DNA from: Candidatus Micrarchaeota archaeon
GTDB lineage: Archaea; Micrarchaeota; Micrarchaeia; Anstonellales; Bilamarchaeaceae
Length of the DNA: 40,955 bases
Reading direction: 5' to 3'
NCBI GenBank assembly: GCA_043816005.1
Contig: JBDRIM010000052.1
Location: 1 to 40,955 of the forward strand
Shown: positions 1 through 9,560 of the stretch, piece by piece
How the letters are laid out: each line of letters opens with the position of its first letter
Numbering within the stretch: position 1 is the first letter of the stretch
Position numbers and translations under genes: made by a program
Notes under the pieces: generated by a model
Databases searched by the model: none
Told to the model about the DNA's origin: nothing
The model's input: the letters and a program-made list of their open reading frames with translations, nothing else

Positions 1-3000
1 GGAACAAACTGCTATACAAACATTACTGGACAGCCAGAGGGCGCATGGAATTATACTATTTATGCAAATGATAGTGCAACAAATATTGGCAGTAATGGAA
101 CCTTCTATGTTGCTGTTGACACAACACCGCCAACTATTACAAGTGCTTCAAATCAAACAACTGCAACAGCTCTTAATTTTGTTACGCAGTTCACTGCAAC
201 AGATACAAATGGTATTGGTAATTGGGCTGTGAATAACACAAATTTCACTATGAACAGTAGTGGATACATACGAAATAATTCTATTCTAACTGCAGGAGTA
301 TATTGGCTTAATATTTCTGTGAATGATAGTGCAAATAATACTGCATCGCAAGTTTTGTGGGTTAATGTAACGCAATCACCAACAATTTATTCATATTCAA
401 TAAGCCCAATGCTAGTTACCAATGGCTCACAAATAAATATTTTCATCAATGCAACAAACACCACTTATGTTTGGGCAAATATAACAAAACCAGATACAAA
501 CAGTGAAGTAATAGCACTTACAAACAATACTAATACTAGCTACACAAACACCACATTAGTAGGAAGATATAATGTGACATTTTATGCAAATGGTACAATT
601 TTAGAAGCCACAGTTAACAGCACAGATTATTTTGAAAGTGCAGAATCATTGGTCTTTAATGTTAGTGTAATTGGTTCGAATTCTTCAGGTCTTAATTCAA
701 CTTTGACTTGTTATTATCGTGATGGAGAAATTGCAACAAACAATGCAAGCGAAGGGAATTATTCTGAAGAACTACCAACCGGATTGATAGATTTGCAATT
801 TGCATCTTACACCACTCACCTCTTAGTGACATTACACGAAGTAAATATAACTAGTGAAAACAACAAAACATTTGGGATGGATAACCCGACAGCTGCAACT
901 GGATATTTGGTGACATATGGGATTAATACTACAATTAATCTCACTAATGCAACAGTTTATGTTTCATATAATGGAACAAGTTACACTAACGCAGACTATT
1001 TGTACCTACAAAAATGCGATGATTGGAATTTTTCTAGCGGCAGCTGTCTTGGAAGCTGGACTAATGTAACAAGTAATGCAACAAAGAATACTACTACAAT
1101 GTATTTCTCGTATGTTACTACAAATTTCAGCGGATTTTCAATAGAGCAGGGGCTTTATTGCGGTGACAGTAGTTGCAATAATGGTGAAAGCTGTTCAAGC
1201 TGTTCTACTGATTGTGGTGCCTGTCCAGCAACAGGTGGAAATACAGGAAGTACTGGTGGAAGCGGAGGCGGTAGTGGCGGAGGTGGAAGTGGAGGAAGCA
1301 CAAATGCAAAAAGAAACCTTACACTTACTCATTTGGCTGCTGCTGAGGAAGTAGAATGTTTGGATGACTTAGTATGCGATGATGATGAAGCATGTATAGG
1401 CAATGCATGCAGAAAGATAACTGGGATTTGTGGAGTTGGAACAAATCATAGTTGGAACTATTATGAATGTTGTTCTGATAATATGTGTGTGATAAACAAA
1501 AGATGCGAAGATCATAGCTGCATAAATATTTCAGTCATTCCAATCAATAATGCAACGCAGGTGAATACTACATGTATTGATTGTGAAGATAAACCACCAG
1601 AAGATAATGAAAACGACTTCGTTGTGGGTGTGATCATCGGACTTTTTATTGCACTTGTACTTTTATTTTTTGTAAAAAAACCAAAAATAAAGAACAAAGT
1701 TGCAATTTTATTTATCCTAATTTTGTTCATTGGAATAGATACTGCAAATTTATACAACCACTCACTATATTCTTCTTCCTACATAAAAAGCGACGAAAAT
1801 ATCACCACTTACAAATTCAAGACGCTCAATATCTATAATACAACTACATACCCATACAGATTATGGTTAAACAGTGATTTTACTTGGTTTGAACCACATA
1901 ATTTTGACTATGCATTAGAACCAGACGGAATAAGTGGAAAGAAACCTTACTGGGATTTTCCGCCACTCAATCCAAATGAAAGCATGGAGATTTCATTTAT
2001 TGTTAATGGAAGAGTTGGACTTGCAGAAAACATCGGAGTTGAAACTCAAACAATTGATAAGTGGATTGGACAGTGCGATAAATTAAAACCAGTTAATGGA
2101 AGTTACAAAAGCAGCACCAGTTTGATCCAGGGATTTATGAATTCTCTTAACAGAAGCCAGAAAATAGTTGTCTATTACGAACAAAATTATGGTGCTGGAA
2201 AAAGAGTACTTGCATATTTGGAAGAGTACGAGTCATTTGCAGTGTTTAAGATTGGTTTGAATGTATCTGCAATATCAAACAAGACAATAATATCAACAGT
2301 TGTTAACGAATATCTTACTGCCATTTCTCCACTTAACAAAACAGGAATAAACACCTCAAAACCTCGTGAGATGATAATAAAATCAAAGGAACTCAAAAAA
2401 CAACCAGAAGTAGATTGTTATAGGATAAGTGGTATGGATAGGTTTCCGTGTGTGGACAGAGACAGTTGTCTTTATTCATGTTTTTCAGTTCCAGTATGTT
2501 CAAGTATTGGACAGAGTGGTTGGTCTTTTTTAGACGTACTTCAGGACTATAACAGAAGTATATCAAAAGTAAATCAGGTATTCGAATCTACATCTCTTGC
2601 TACAGAAATGTTCTCGATACAACCTAATTATGAGACTGCACAAGCAGCTCTTGATAGCCTAATTGAATTGAACAGAGCAGAAACTATTGTAATTTACCAT
2701 CCACTTTTCACTTCGTACGGGTTTTGCCAACCTCCAGAGTACGGAATGCCAGAACAAATTGGAGCAAGAAGAGAAATTTTAAGCTATTTGGAGATGAATT
2801 GTCTTTATGGTGAAAAAAATAACTTGATAGAACAGAGTATAAAAGCATCAGAATTTTTGATTCCACCACCAACATTTTCGCACCCAAGTATTTCAACTAA
2901 TTTTACAGTAGTGAATATGACGGTTAATAATAGTAATTTGAATCAGAATAATTTTAACCAAAAAAATCAAACAACAAAAATACAGATATTCAAAACATTA

Positions 3001-3159
3001 ATTGATTACACCAATGCCAAAAAAGAATTTGGAGAATCATATGCGAATTTCTGCTGGATTGCATTTCTATTTGTATTCTTAATGTCCATAGTTTGGTTAG
3101 TGACAAGACCAAGAAAAACTAAAGAAACTAAATCATCAAAAACTGCCGGAAGCGATTGA
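1..3159 (+). CDS. Large Cys-rich cell-surface glycoprotein, 5'-partial (Ig-like/Asn-Thr-rich region, PGF-pre-PGF-like motif, Cys-rich repeats, three TM segments)
   Basis: Frame 1 is open from base 1 (GTNCYTNITGQPEGAWNYTIYANDSA...), so the true start is upstream of the window. Very many N-x-S/T sequons, a TTNFSGFSI motif, a CGDSSCNNGESCSSCSTDC repeat and a Gly/Ser linker. Two central hydrophobic helices and a C-terminal TM anchor. Confidence 0.8.
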   Translation, partial: GTNCYTNITGQPEGAWNYTIYANDSATNIGSNGTFYVAVDTTPPTITSASNQTTATALNFVTQFTATDTNGIGNWAVNNTNFTMNSSGYIRNNSILTAGVYWLNISVNDSANNTASQVLWVNVTQSPTIYSYSISPMLVTNGSQINIFINATNTTYVWANITKPDTNSEVIALTNNTNTSYTNTTLVGRYNVTFYANGTILEATVNSTDYFESAESLVFNVSVIGSNSSGLNSTLTCYYRDGEIATNNASEGNYSEELPTGLIDLQFASYTTHLLVTLHEVNITSENNKTFGMDNPTAATGYLVTYGINTTINLTNATVYVSYNGTSYTNADYLYLQKCDDWNFSSGSCLGSWTNVTSNATKNTTTMYFSYVTTNFSGFSIEQGLYCGDSSCNNGESCSSCSTDCGACPATGGNTGSTGGSGGGSGGGGSGGSTNAKRNLTLTHLAAAEEVECLDDLVCDDDEACIGNACRKITGICGVGTNHSWNYYECCSDNMCVINKRCEDHSCINISVIPINNATQVNTTCIDCEDKPPEDNENDFVVGVIIGLFIALVLLFFVKKPKIKNKVAILFILILFIGIDTANLYNHSLYSSSYIKSDENITTYKFKTLNIYNTTTYPYRLWLNSDFTWFEPHNFDYALEPDGISGKKPYWDFPPLNPNESMEISFIVNGRVGLAENIGVETQTIDKWIGQCDKLKPVNGSYKSSTSLIQGFMNSLNRSQKIVVYYEQNYGAGKRVLAYLEEYESFAVFKIGLNVSAISNKTIISTVVNEYLTAISPLNKTGINTSKPREMIIKSKELKKQPEVDCYRISGMDRFPCVDRDSCLYSCFSVPVCSSIGQSGWSFLDVLQDYNRSISKVNQVFESTSLATEMFSIQPNYETAQAALDSLIELNRAETIVIYHPLFTSYGFCQPPEYGMPEQIGARREILSYLEMNCLYGEKNNLIEQSIKASEFLIPPPTFSHPSISTNFTVVNMTVNNSNLNQNNFNQKNQTTKIQIFKTLIDYTNAKKEFGESYANFCWIAFLFVFLMSIVWLVTRPRKTKETKSSKTAGSD

Positions 3160-3648
3160 GATCTTTTTTATATATTTTAATTCTCGTAGTTTCACAAGAG
3201 CAAATGCAGTAAGTTTTTTTTCAAGAATTATGGTGAGTTTTGGATTTGGATAGATATCTGGATCATCAGTGACTATCTGCCTGATACTTATGTCAGCATC
3301 TGCAATTATTTTTGTGACTGTACTTACAATGCCAACTGCATGTGGTTCGGATTCTATTTCAAGAACTTCAAATCCGAGATGTCTTGCAACGCCACTAATA
3401 AATGCTTTTGGAACAAGTCCATTAAATATGCCATGAAGTTCTTTTACTTCTGCAATCATTTGCGCAGTTTCGATTACAACACGGCGATCAACACTAACAG
3501 ATCTTGCTATTTTTGCCGGGCTTAGTTCGATTTCACCACAGTAGATTACTGCTTGTTTATCCACTCTAAGACCATATTTAAGCAAAAGCTCGGCCACCTT
3601 TTTGCGCATTGGATACCGTAAGAAGGCATCTTCCAGAATAGGATACAT
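3136..3648 (-). CDS. trpY: TrpY tryptophan-sensing transcriptional repressor (HTH + ACT domain)
   Basis: MYPILEDAFLRYPMRKKVAELLLKYGLRV...IYCGEIELSPAKIARSVSVDRRVV...ISIRQIVTDDP matches the Methanothermobacter TrpY pattern. Divergent from trpE. Start reassigned to ATG 3648. Confidence 0.88.
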   Translation of the reverse strand: MYPILEDAFLRYPMRKKVAELLLKYGLRVDKQAVIYCGEIELSPAKIARSVSVDRRVVIETAQMIAEVKELHGIFNGLVPKAFISGVARHLGFEVLEIESEPHAVGIVSTVTKIIADADISIRQIVTDDPDIYPNPKLTIILEKKLTAFALVKLRELKYIKKISIASGSF

Positions 3649-3650
3649 AA

Positions 3651-3666
3651 TGTATATTTTTGTACA
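3651..3666. promoter_or_regulatory. Tandem TRP boxes (TGTATA-N4-TGTACA), TrpY operator
   Basis: One exact TGTACA consensus plus a one-mismatch copy 4 nt apart, between trpY and trpE. Confidence 0.8.
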
Positions 3667-3681
3667 TAAAAGATTTAAATA
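3667..3681 (+). promoter_or_regulatory. BRE/TATA promoter of the trp operon
   Basis: Purine-rich AAAAG followed by TTTAAATA (3674-3681), about 25-35 nt upstream of the trpE SD/start. Confidence 0.65.
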
Positions 3682-3716
3682 TATCATTAGTGCTAAGAAA
3701 ATAGCAGGTGAATGAA

Positions 3717-5045
3717 GTGATATATAAAAAATTAAACTTAACTCTAAATCCATACCAACTATATTTGCTAATCAATAGAGAGTATAGAGATTCTTTTTTA
3801 CTTGAGTCATTACAGGAGAATGAAAACCTTGCTAGGTTCTCATTCATAGGTTTTGATCCAAAAAAGATGGTAAAGGCGAAAGGGAAGGTTGTGAATGTTG
3901 ATGGTGAGGAACACGACTCACAAAAACCAATAAGAACCCTTGCTGAAAATATCCCAAAAATCCAGATTGACAAAGATGGTTTTGCTGGTGGTGCAGTCGG
4001 TTACTTTGCATATGATTACATAAGAAATCTAGAGGAATTGCCCGAAAAAACAAAGGATGATATAAAATTTCCTGATTTTGAGTTTGGGATTTTTGATGAT
4101 TGTGTGATATATGACCAATTGAAAAGAACCGTCCACTATCTGAGCCATGGTGATGACCGCTCAGGGGAGATTCTCGCTCTTGCAAAAAACGATATATTCT
4201 CTGGTCCATTTGAAGCAGGAAATCCAAAGTCGAACATGGATAAAGAAGAATATGAAACAGCAGTGCAAATAGCAAAAGAGAAGATAGTGAATGGTGAAAT
4301 TTTCCAGGTGGTGTTGTCAAGAAGATATACAGTGCCATATGAAGGTAATTTGCTTAGGTTTTACAACTACTTGAAACAAACAAATCCATCACCATACATG
4401 TACTGTCTTAATTTCGGTGAAAGAAAAATAATAGGCTCAAGTCCAGAAAATCTTGTACGTGTAGAAGGTAAAAAAATTGATAGTTATGCAACACTTGCAG
4501 GGACAATGCCTCGCGGAAAAACACTTGAAGAAGATAGAATGTTAGAACAAAAACTTTTGAATGATGAAAAAGAGAGGGCAGAACATTTGATGCTAGTTGA
4601 TCTTACAAGAAATGATCTTGGTAAGGTAAGTAAACCAAAATCCATGTCAGTTCCAGAACTTATGGAGGTCCACAAATATAGCCATGTTCAGCACTTAAGT
4701 TCCCATGTGTCAGGCGAATTAGCAGATAATAAAGATTGTTTTGATGTTTTTGATTCCATTTTTCCTGCTGGGACATTAAGCGGTGCACCTAAAGTACGTG
4801 CAATGGAAATAATAGAAGAATTAGAAAAAAGTAGGAGGGGGGCTTACGGTGGCGCAATCGGCTATTTTTCATTCAATAGAAATTGTGATTTTGCAATTAC
4901 TATTCGTAGTCTGATTGCACAAAGGCAAAATGCATATGTACAAGCTGGTGCAGGAATTGTTTATGATTCTGTTCCTGAAAAAGAGTACCAAGAAACGGAA
5001 AGCAAAATGCGTTCAGTGATGAAAGCGCTTGAGGTGAGATTTTGA
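3717..5045 (+). CDS. trpE: Anthranilate synthase component I
   Basis: LLES, NPSPYM, GEIFQVVLS, FPAGTLSGAPK and QAGAGIV motifs. GTG 3717 follows SD GGTGA (3707-3711); GTG 3708 is the alternative start. Confidence 0.95.
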   Translation: MIYKKLNLTLNPYQLYLLINREYRDSFLLESLQENENLARFSFIGFDPKKMVKAKGKVVNVDGEEHDSQKPIRTLAENIPKIQIDKDGFAGGAVGYFAYDYIRNLEELPEKTKDDIKFPDFEFGIFDDCVIYDQLKRTVHYLSHGDDRSGEILALAKNDIFSGPFEAGNPKSNMDKEEYETAVQIAKEKIVNGEIFQVVLSRRYTVPYEGNLLRFYNYLKQTNPSPYMYCLNFGERKIIGSSPENLVRVEGKKIDSYATLAGTMPRGKTLEEDRMLEQKLLNDEKERAEHLMLVDLTRNDLGKVSKPKSMSVPELMEVHKYSHVQHLSSHVSGELADNKDCFDVFDSIFPAGTLSGAPKVRAMEIIEELEKSRRGAYGGAIGYFSFNRNCDFAITIRSLIAQRQNAYVQAGAGIVYDSVPEKEYQETESKMRSVMKALEVRF

Positions 5046-5608
5046 TAATTATAATTGATAATTATGATTCGTTTGTATATAATTTATACCAATACTTAAG
5101 CGAGTTTGATCAGGATGTACACGTATATAGAAATGATAGAATAACCCAGAAAAAGATAGCTGAGCTTAGCCCGAATGCAATAGTTCTTTCGCCAGGACCA
5201 GGTCACCCTGCAGTGAAAAGAGATTTTGGAGTGTGTACAGATGTACTTGCCAATGCCACGAAAAAGACGAAAATATTAGGAGTGTGCCTTGGTCACCAAG
5301 GAATTATCTACCATTTTGGCGGTGAGGTAACAAAAAACAAACCAATGCATGGTAAAACAAGTTTAGTAAAGCATAATGAACTGGGATTGTTTTCTGGTGT
5401 TGCAAATCCATTTCGTGTGATGAGATACCATTCCTTGGCAGGAACAAAAATACCAGATTGTCTTGAAGTGACTGCAAAATGTATTGAAGATGATGTTGTG
5501 ATGGCAGTCAAACATAAAGATTTGCCTATTTGTGGGGTTCAGTTTCACCCCGAGAGTATAATGACAGAAAATGGAATGAAAATACTCGAAAATTTCTTGA
5601 AATTGTGA
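5042..5608 (+). CDS. trpG: Anthranilate synthase component II (class I glutamine amidotransferase)
   Basis: IDNYDSF, LSPGPG, GVCLGHQ, RYHSL and QFHPES motifs; TTG start coupled to the trpE stop. Confidence 0.95.
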   Translation: MIIIIDNYDSFVYNLYQYLSEFDQDVHVYRNDRITQKKIAELSPNAIVLSPGPGHPAVKRDFGVCTDVLANATKKTKILGVCLGHQGIIYHFGGEVTKNKPMHGKTSLVKHNELGLFSGVANPFRVMRYHSLAGTKIPDCLEVTAKCIEDDVVMAVKHKDLPICGVQFHPESIMTENGMKILENFLKL

Positions 5609-5612
5609 TGAT

Positions 5613-6632
5613 ATGAATATTTTGCAAAAACTCATTGAAAGAAAAGAACTTACATCTCAAGAAGCAAGAGCATTGATGAATGGCTTAATGAAAGGAGATT
5701 ATACGAATTCAAAAGCTGCTGCGCTTCTGACGGCACTTCGAATTAAAGGTGAAAATAAGGAAGAGATAGTTGAATTTGCTAGAGTTATGAGAGAAAATGC
5801 AATAACAATACACCCAAAAGTACATGATTTAGTTGACACCTGTGGTACGGGGGGAGATTCCACAAATAGCTTTAATATTTCAACAACTGCTGCATTTGTT
5901 GCAGCTGGTGCAGGAGTGAAAATTGCAAAGCATGGTAATCGTTCTGTTTCAAGCAGTTGCGGATCTGCAGATGTACTTGAGCAGCTTGGAGCGAAAATGT
6001 TGCAACCGAATGAAGTAGAAAAATGCATAGAAAAAATTGGCATTGGATTTATGTTTGCACCATATTTCCATCCTTCAATGAAGAATGTGGCTATAGTAAG
6101 GAAGGAACTTGGTATAAGAACCGTCTTCAATATACTCGGACCGCTCACAAACCCTGCAGGTGCAAATGCCCAGATCCTTGGTGTGTTTGATCAAAAACTC
6201 TCGAAAATGATGGCAGACGTTCTTGGTGAACTAGGTGTAAAAAGAGCATTTATCGTCAATTCAAATGGAATGGATGAAATTGGGCTTGGAATAACCAAAA
6301 TTTGTGAATTAAAAGATGGAAAAACCACAGAGTATGAAATTAATGGAAAGGAATTTGGTTTTGAAACGAGGGAGATGGCTGCTGTTCAATCCAAAGAAGA
6401 AGGTGCAAAAATTATAACAGATGTGCTTAATGGTGAGAAAGGAGCTGCACGAGATATCACCATTTTGAATGCCGCAGGTGCTATTTATGTCAGTGGCAAA
6501 GTTGATTCTTTCGCCAATAGTATTGAGTACGCTACAAACTCTATTGATTCTGGGAATGCAATGAAAAAGCTTGAAGAAATTATAAAATTCGGAGAGAGGA
6601 ATTTTGAGGTGAACGAAAGTGAATCTACTTGA
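5613..6632 (+). CDS. trpD: Anthranilate phosphoribosyltransferase
   Basis: DTCGTGGD, FNIST, KHGNRSVSSSCGSADVLE and RTVFNILGPLTNP motifs. Confidence 0.96.
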   Translation: MNILQKLIERKELTSQEARALMNGLMKGDYTNSKAAALLTALRIKGENKEEIVEFARVMRENAITIHPKVHDLVDTCGTGGDSTNSFNISTTAAFVAAGAGVKIAKHGNRSVSSSCGSADVLEQLGAKMLQPNEVEKCIEKIGIGFMFAPYFHPSMKNVAIVRKELGIRTVFNILGPLTNPAGANAQILGVFDQKLSKMMADVLGELGVKRAFIVNSNGMDEIGLGITKICELKDGKTTEYEINGKEFGFETREMAAVQSKEEGAKIITDVLNGEKGAARDITILNAAGAIYVSGKVDSFANSIEYATNSIDSGNAMKKLEEIIKFGERNFEVNESEST

Positions 6633-7395
6633 TAAATTTATTGAACATACAAGGGTAAACATTGATCTAGGATATTATAATGTTAGGTCAAGAGTGGTTG
6701 GACCAACATGTTCGCTTGTTCAGATGATCAGCTCTAATAAATTCATTATAATAAGTGAAATAAAACATGCATCCCCTGCAGGTGAATATTCATTTGACGA
6801 AATGGATGTTGAAGAATCTGCAATGACATTTAAAAAAAATGGTGCAGATGCGATTTCAGTTGTTGTTGAACCAACTATCTTCAAGGGGAATATAGATGAT
6901 ATACCACTAGCAAAAAAAGCAGGGCTTCCTGTATTGTTTAAGGATTTTATAATTGAAAGAAAACAGATAGAAGCTGCACGGAATGTTGGAGCAGATGCAA
7001 TACTGTTGATTGTAAAAGTTGCTAAAAAACTTAATCTTAATCTTGATGAACTTATTGAAATTGCACATGAAAATAACCTCGAAGTTTTACTTGAAAGTTA
7101 TGATAAGGAGGAAATGGAAATTGCACGTAGTACTAATGCCGACATATTAGGGATAAATAATAGAGATTTAGATACACTCAAAATAGATATTAAAAGAACA
7201 AAGGAGATACTTGAAGGATGTGGCATCATAGATAGACCAGTTATAAGTGAAAGTGGAATCAGAACAGCCGAGGATGTTGCATTTGTAAAAAAAGCAGGCG
7301 CGAGTGGAGTGTTAGTTGGAACTGCTATTTGGAAATCAGATGACATCGGAAAGAAGATAAAAGAACTACGATCAGGGGCCGGTAGATATGAATAG
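6619..7395 (+). CDS. trpC: Indole-3-glycerol-phosphate synthase
   Basis: [29 protein letters not shown] and ISESGI motifs. Confidence 0.95.
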   Translation: MNLLDKFIEHTRVNIDLGYYNVRSRVVGPTCSLVQMISSNKFIIISEIKHASPAGEYSFDEMDVEESAMTFKKNGADAISVVVEPTIFKGNIDDIPLAKKAGLPVLFKDFIIERKQIEAARNVGADAILLIVKVAKKLNLNLDELIEIAHENNLEVLLESYDKEEMEIARSTNADILGINNRDLDTLKIDIKRTKEILEGCGIIDRPVISESGIRTAEDVAFVKKAGASGVLVGTAIWKSDDIGKKIKELRSGAGRYE

Positions 7396-8554
7396 ATACT
7401 TCGGCCAGTATGGCGGACAATTTGTACCGGAAACACTAGTGCCTGCACTATTTGAACTTGAACAAGCATATAAAAAAATGAAGGATAATCCTGAATTTCA
7501 AAACGAACTTTCCAGTCTTCTCAAGCATTATGCAGGAAGGGAAACCCCTCTTTATTTTGCACAACAATTAACCAAAATTTGCGGTGCAAAAATCTACTTA
7601 AAGCGCGAAGATCTTCTGCATACTGGTGCTCATAAGATAAATAATGCGCTTGGACAAATTTTACTGGCCAAAAAAATGGGAAAAACAAGGATAATCGCAG
7701 AAACAGGGGCAGGACAACATGGTGTTGCAACTGCAACTGTGGCAGCATTGTTTGGTATGAAATGTGATATTTATATGGGGAAAATCGATGCTGAGCGCCA
7801 AGCACCAAATGTTTATCGCATGAAACTACTTGGAGCACATGTAAACGTTGTTGACAGTGGATCGCAAACACTCAAAGATGCAATAAATGATGCAATGCGC
7901 GATTATACTGCCAACTTCAAAACAACCCATTACTTGATAGGTTCTGCACTAGGCCCGCATCCATACCCTACCATAGTAAGGGATTTTCAGTCTGTAATAG
8001 GAAAAGAAGCAAAAAAACAAATATTAGATGTAGAAGGCAGGACACCAGATTACCTTGTGGCATGTGTTGGTGGTGGAAGTAATGCCATAGGACTTTTTCA
8101 TCCATTTCAAAACGAAAATGTGGAAATGATAGGAGTTGAAGCAGGAGGAACCGGGAAAAAACATGCAGCACGACTTTGTGGCGATGGTAAGGTTGGAGTA
8201 TTACATGGAATGAAAACATATCTGCTCCAAGATGAGAATGGACAAATAAAAGAAACACATTCTGTTTCTGCTGGCCTTGATTATCCTGCAGTTGGTCCTG
8301 AACATTCATTGCTTTATGATAGTAAACGAGTGAAATATGTCACTGTGAACGATAATGAAGCACTTGATGCCTTTCACCTGCTCTCTCGAACAGAAGGAAT
8401 AGTTCCTGCTCTTGAAAGTTCGCATGCAATTGCACATGCAATAAAATTAGCTAAAAAATGCGGACCAGAAAAGATTATTTTGGTAAATTTATCTGGGAGA
8501 GGGGACAAAGATATTGATCATGTAAGACGATTGGAAAGCGAGGTGAAGATATGA
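7388..8554 (+). CDS. trpB: Tryptophan synthase beta chain (TrpB1)
   Basis: [37 protein letters not shown] and NLSGRGDKD motifs. Confidence 0.97.
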   Translation: MNRYFGQYGGQFVPETLVPALFELEQAYKKMKDNPEFQNELSSLLKHYAGRETPLYFAQQLTKICGAKIYLKREDLLHTGAHKINNALGQILLAKKMGKTRIIAETGAGQHGVATATVAALFGMKCDIYMGKIDAERQAPNVYRMKLLGAHVNVVDSGSQTLKDAINDAMRDYTANFKTTHYLIGSALGPHPYPTIVRDFQSVIGKEAKKQILDVEGRTPDYLVACVGGGSNAIGLFHPFQNENVEMIGVEAGGTGKKHAARLCGDGKVGVLHGMKTYLLQDENGQIKETHSVSAGLDYPAVGPEHSLLYDSKRVKYVTVNDNEALDAFHLLSRTEGIVPALESSHAIAHAIKLAKKCGPEKIILVNLSGRGDKDIDHVRRLESEVKI

Positions 8555-9327
8555 GCCTTAGTGGATTATTTGTAAATAAAACCGCTTTTATGCCGTATAT
8601 TTGCTGTGGCGACCCAAACGAAGAGTTTACACTGAAACTGATTGCAACTCTTGCTGAAAATGGAGCAGATGCCATTGAACTTGGAATCCCTTTTTCAGAC
8701 CCAATTGCAGATGGAAAAACAATACAGGCAGCATCTACAAGGGCCCTTACCAATGGCATGACACCAGAAAAGGCAATTGCCATGATCTCAAAAATTAGGA
8801 AATGTGAGATCCAAATACCAATAATAGTAATGACATATTACAATCTTATTTATTCAAACGGCTTGGAAAAATTTGTCAAAAGGATAAAGGATGCAGGAGC
8901 AGATGGATTGATTGTGCCTGATGTGCCTTTTGAAGAATCAGAAGAACTTTATGGAATCTGTAAGGGACACGAAATTGATTTGGTACGTTTTATTACTCCA
9001 AACATGTCTGATGAAAGACTGGAGAAAATTGCCAACAAAGCCAACGGATTTCTTTATGCCGTATCTGTTATTGGAACAACAGGAACGCGAGAACAAATTG
9101 CACCAGAAGCAATTGAACTTGTGAAACGAATAAAAAAAATGACCACAATTCCAGTAGTTGCTGGATTTGGAATATCTATGCCAGAGCAGGCAACTGCATT
9201 TGCAAATGCAGGAGCAGATGGAATTATAATTGGGAGTAAATTGGTTGAAATCTATTCTGAAGATGATATTACAAAAGTTGCGCAGTTTGTAAGAATGATG
9301 AAAAAAGCTCTTGATAAAGGTGGTTGA
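8551..9327 (+). CDS. trpA: Tryptophan synthase alpha chain
   Basis: [22 protein letters not shown] and GFGIS motifs. Confidence 0.97.
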   Translation: MSLSGLFVNKTAFMPYICCGDPNEEFTLKLIATLAENGADAIELGIPFSDPIADGKTIQAASTRALTNGMTPEKAIAMISKIRKCEIQIPIIVMTYYNLIYSNGLEKFVKRIKDAGADGLIVPDVPFEESEELYGICKGHEIDLVRFITPNMSDERLEKIANKANGFLYAVSVIGTTGTREQIAPEAIELVKRIKKMTTIPVVAGFGISMPEQATAFANAGADGIIIGSKLVEIYSEDDITKVAQFVRMMKKALDKGG

Positions 9328-9334
9328 ATTGTTA

Positions 9335-9350
9335 CAAAGGTATTTAAATG
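9335..9350 (+). promoter_or_regulatory. Putative BRE/TATA promoter of the aro operon leader
   Basis: CAAAGG-TA-TTTAAAT just after the trpA stop, about 50 nt upstream of the leader ATG. Confidence 0.55.
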
Positions 9351-9390
9351 GACAAAAATACAATATCACTGAATATAAAAAAAGGAACGG

Positions 9391-9560
9391 GGTTCTTAGA
9401 TGACGATAGCTGAAAACAGATGGCAAAACTTATTCTATTATTTCAGCTTTAGCTATCATTATCAGGAGAACCGCAAATAAGATTGAAATTTTTCTGGTGG
9501 TTTTCCTGATTCATACTAACTAGAAGTAGTGATGGTTTTTTGGAAAAAAATAAAGGAGGT
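9391..9560 (+). promoter_or_regulatory. Putative attenuator with mutually exclusive hairpins
   Basis: Segment 9461-9474 can pair with either 9391-9401 (as part of the long 9391-9414/9448-9472 stem) or 9497-9510. A hairpin at 9511-9535 is followed by T6 (9536-9541). aroF SD GGAGGT lies at 9555-9560. Confidence 0.65.
9400..9480 (+). CDS. Putative aromatic amino acid leader peptide (26 aa, MTIAENRWQNLFYYFSFSYHYQENRK)
   Basis: Translated by hand. 1 Trp, 3 Phe and 4 Tyr within 14 codons. SD-like AAGGAACGGGGT upstream; directly precedes the DAHP synthase gene. Confidence 0.8.
   Translation: MTIAENRWQNLFYYFSFSYHYQENRK

Noticed and set aside
1230..1300. GGN-rich low-complexity stretch as a DNA repeat element
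   Set aside because: It encodes the Gly/Ser linker of the surface protein.
9329..9337. TTGTTACAA as a TRP box for the aro promoter
   Set aside because: A single site with an extra base relative to TGTACA and no tandem partner; insufficient support.
9481..9545. T-box riboswitch upstream of aroF (GGTGG at 9496-9500)
   Set aside because: The sequence lacks the GGTGGNACCGCG T-box consensus and Stem I motifs; the leader-peptide model fits better.
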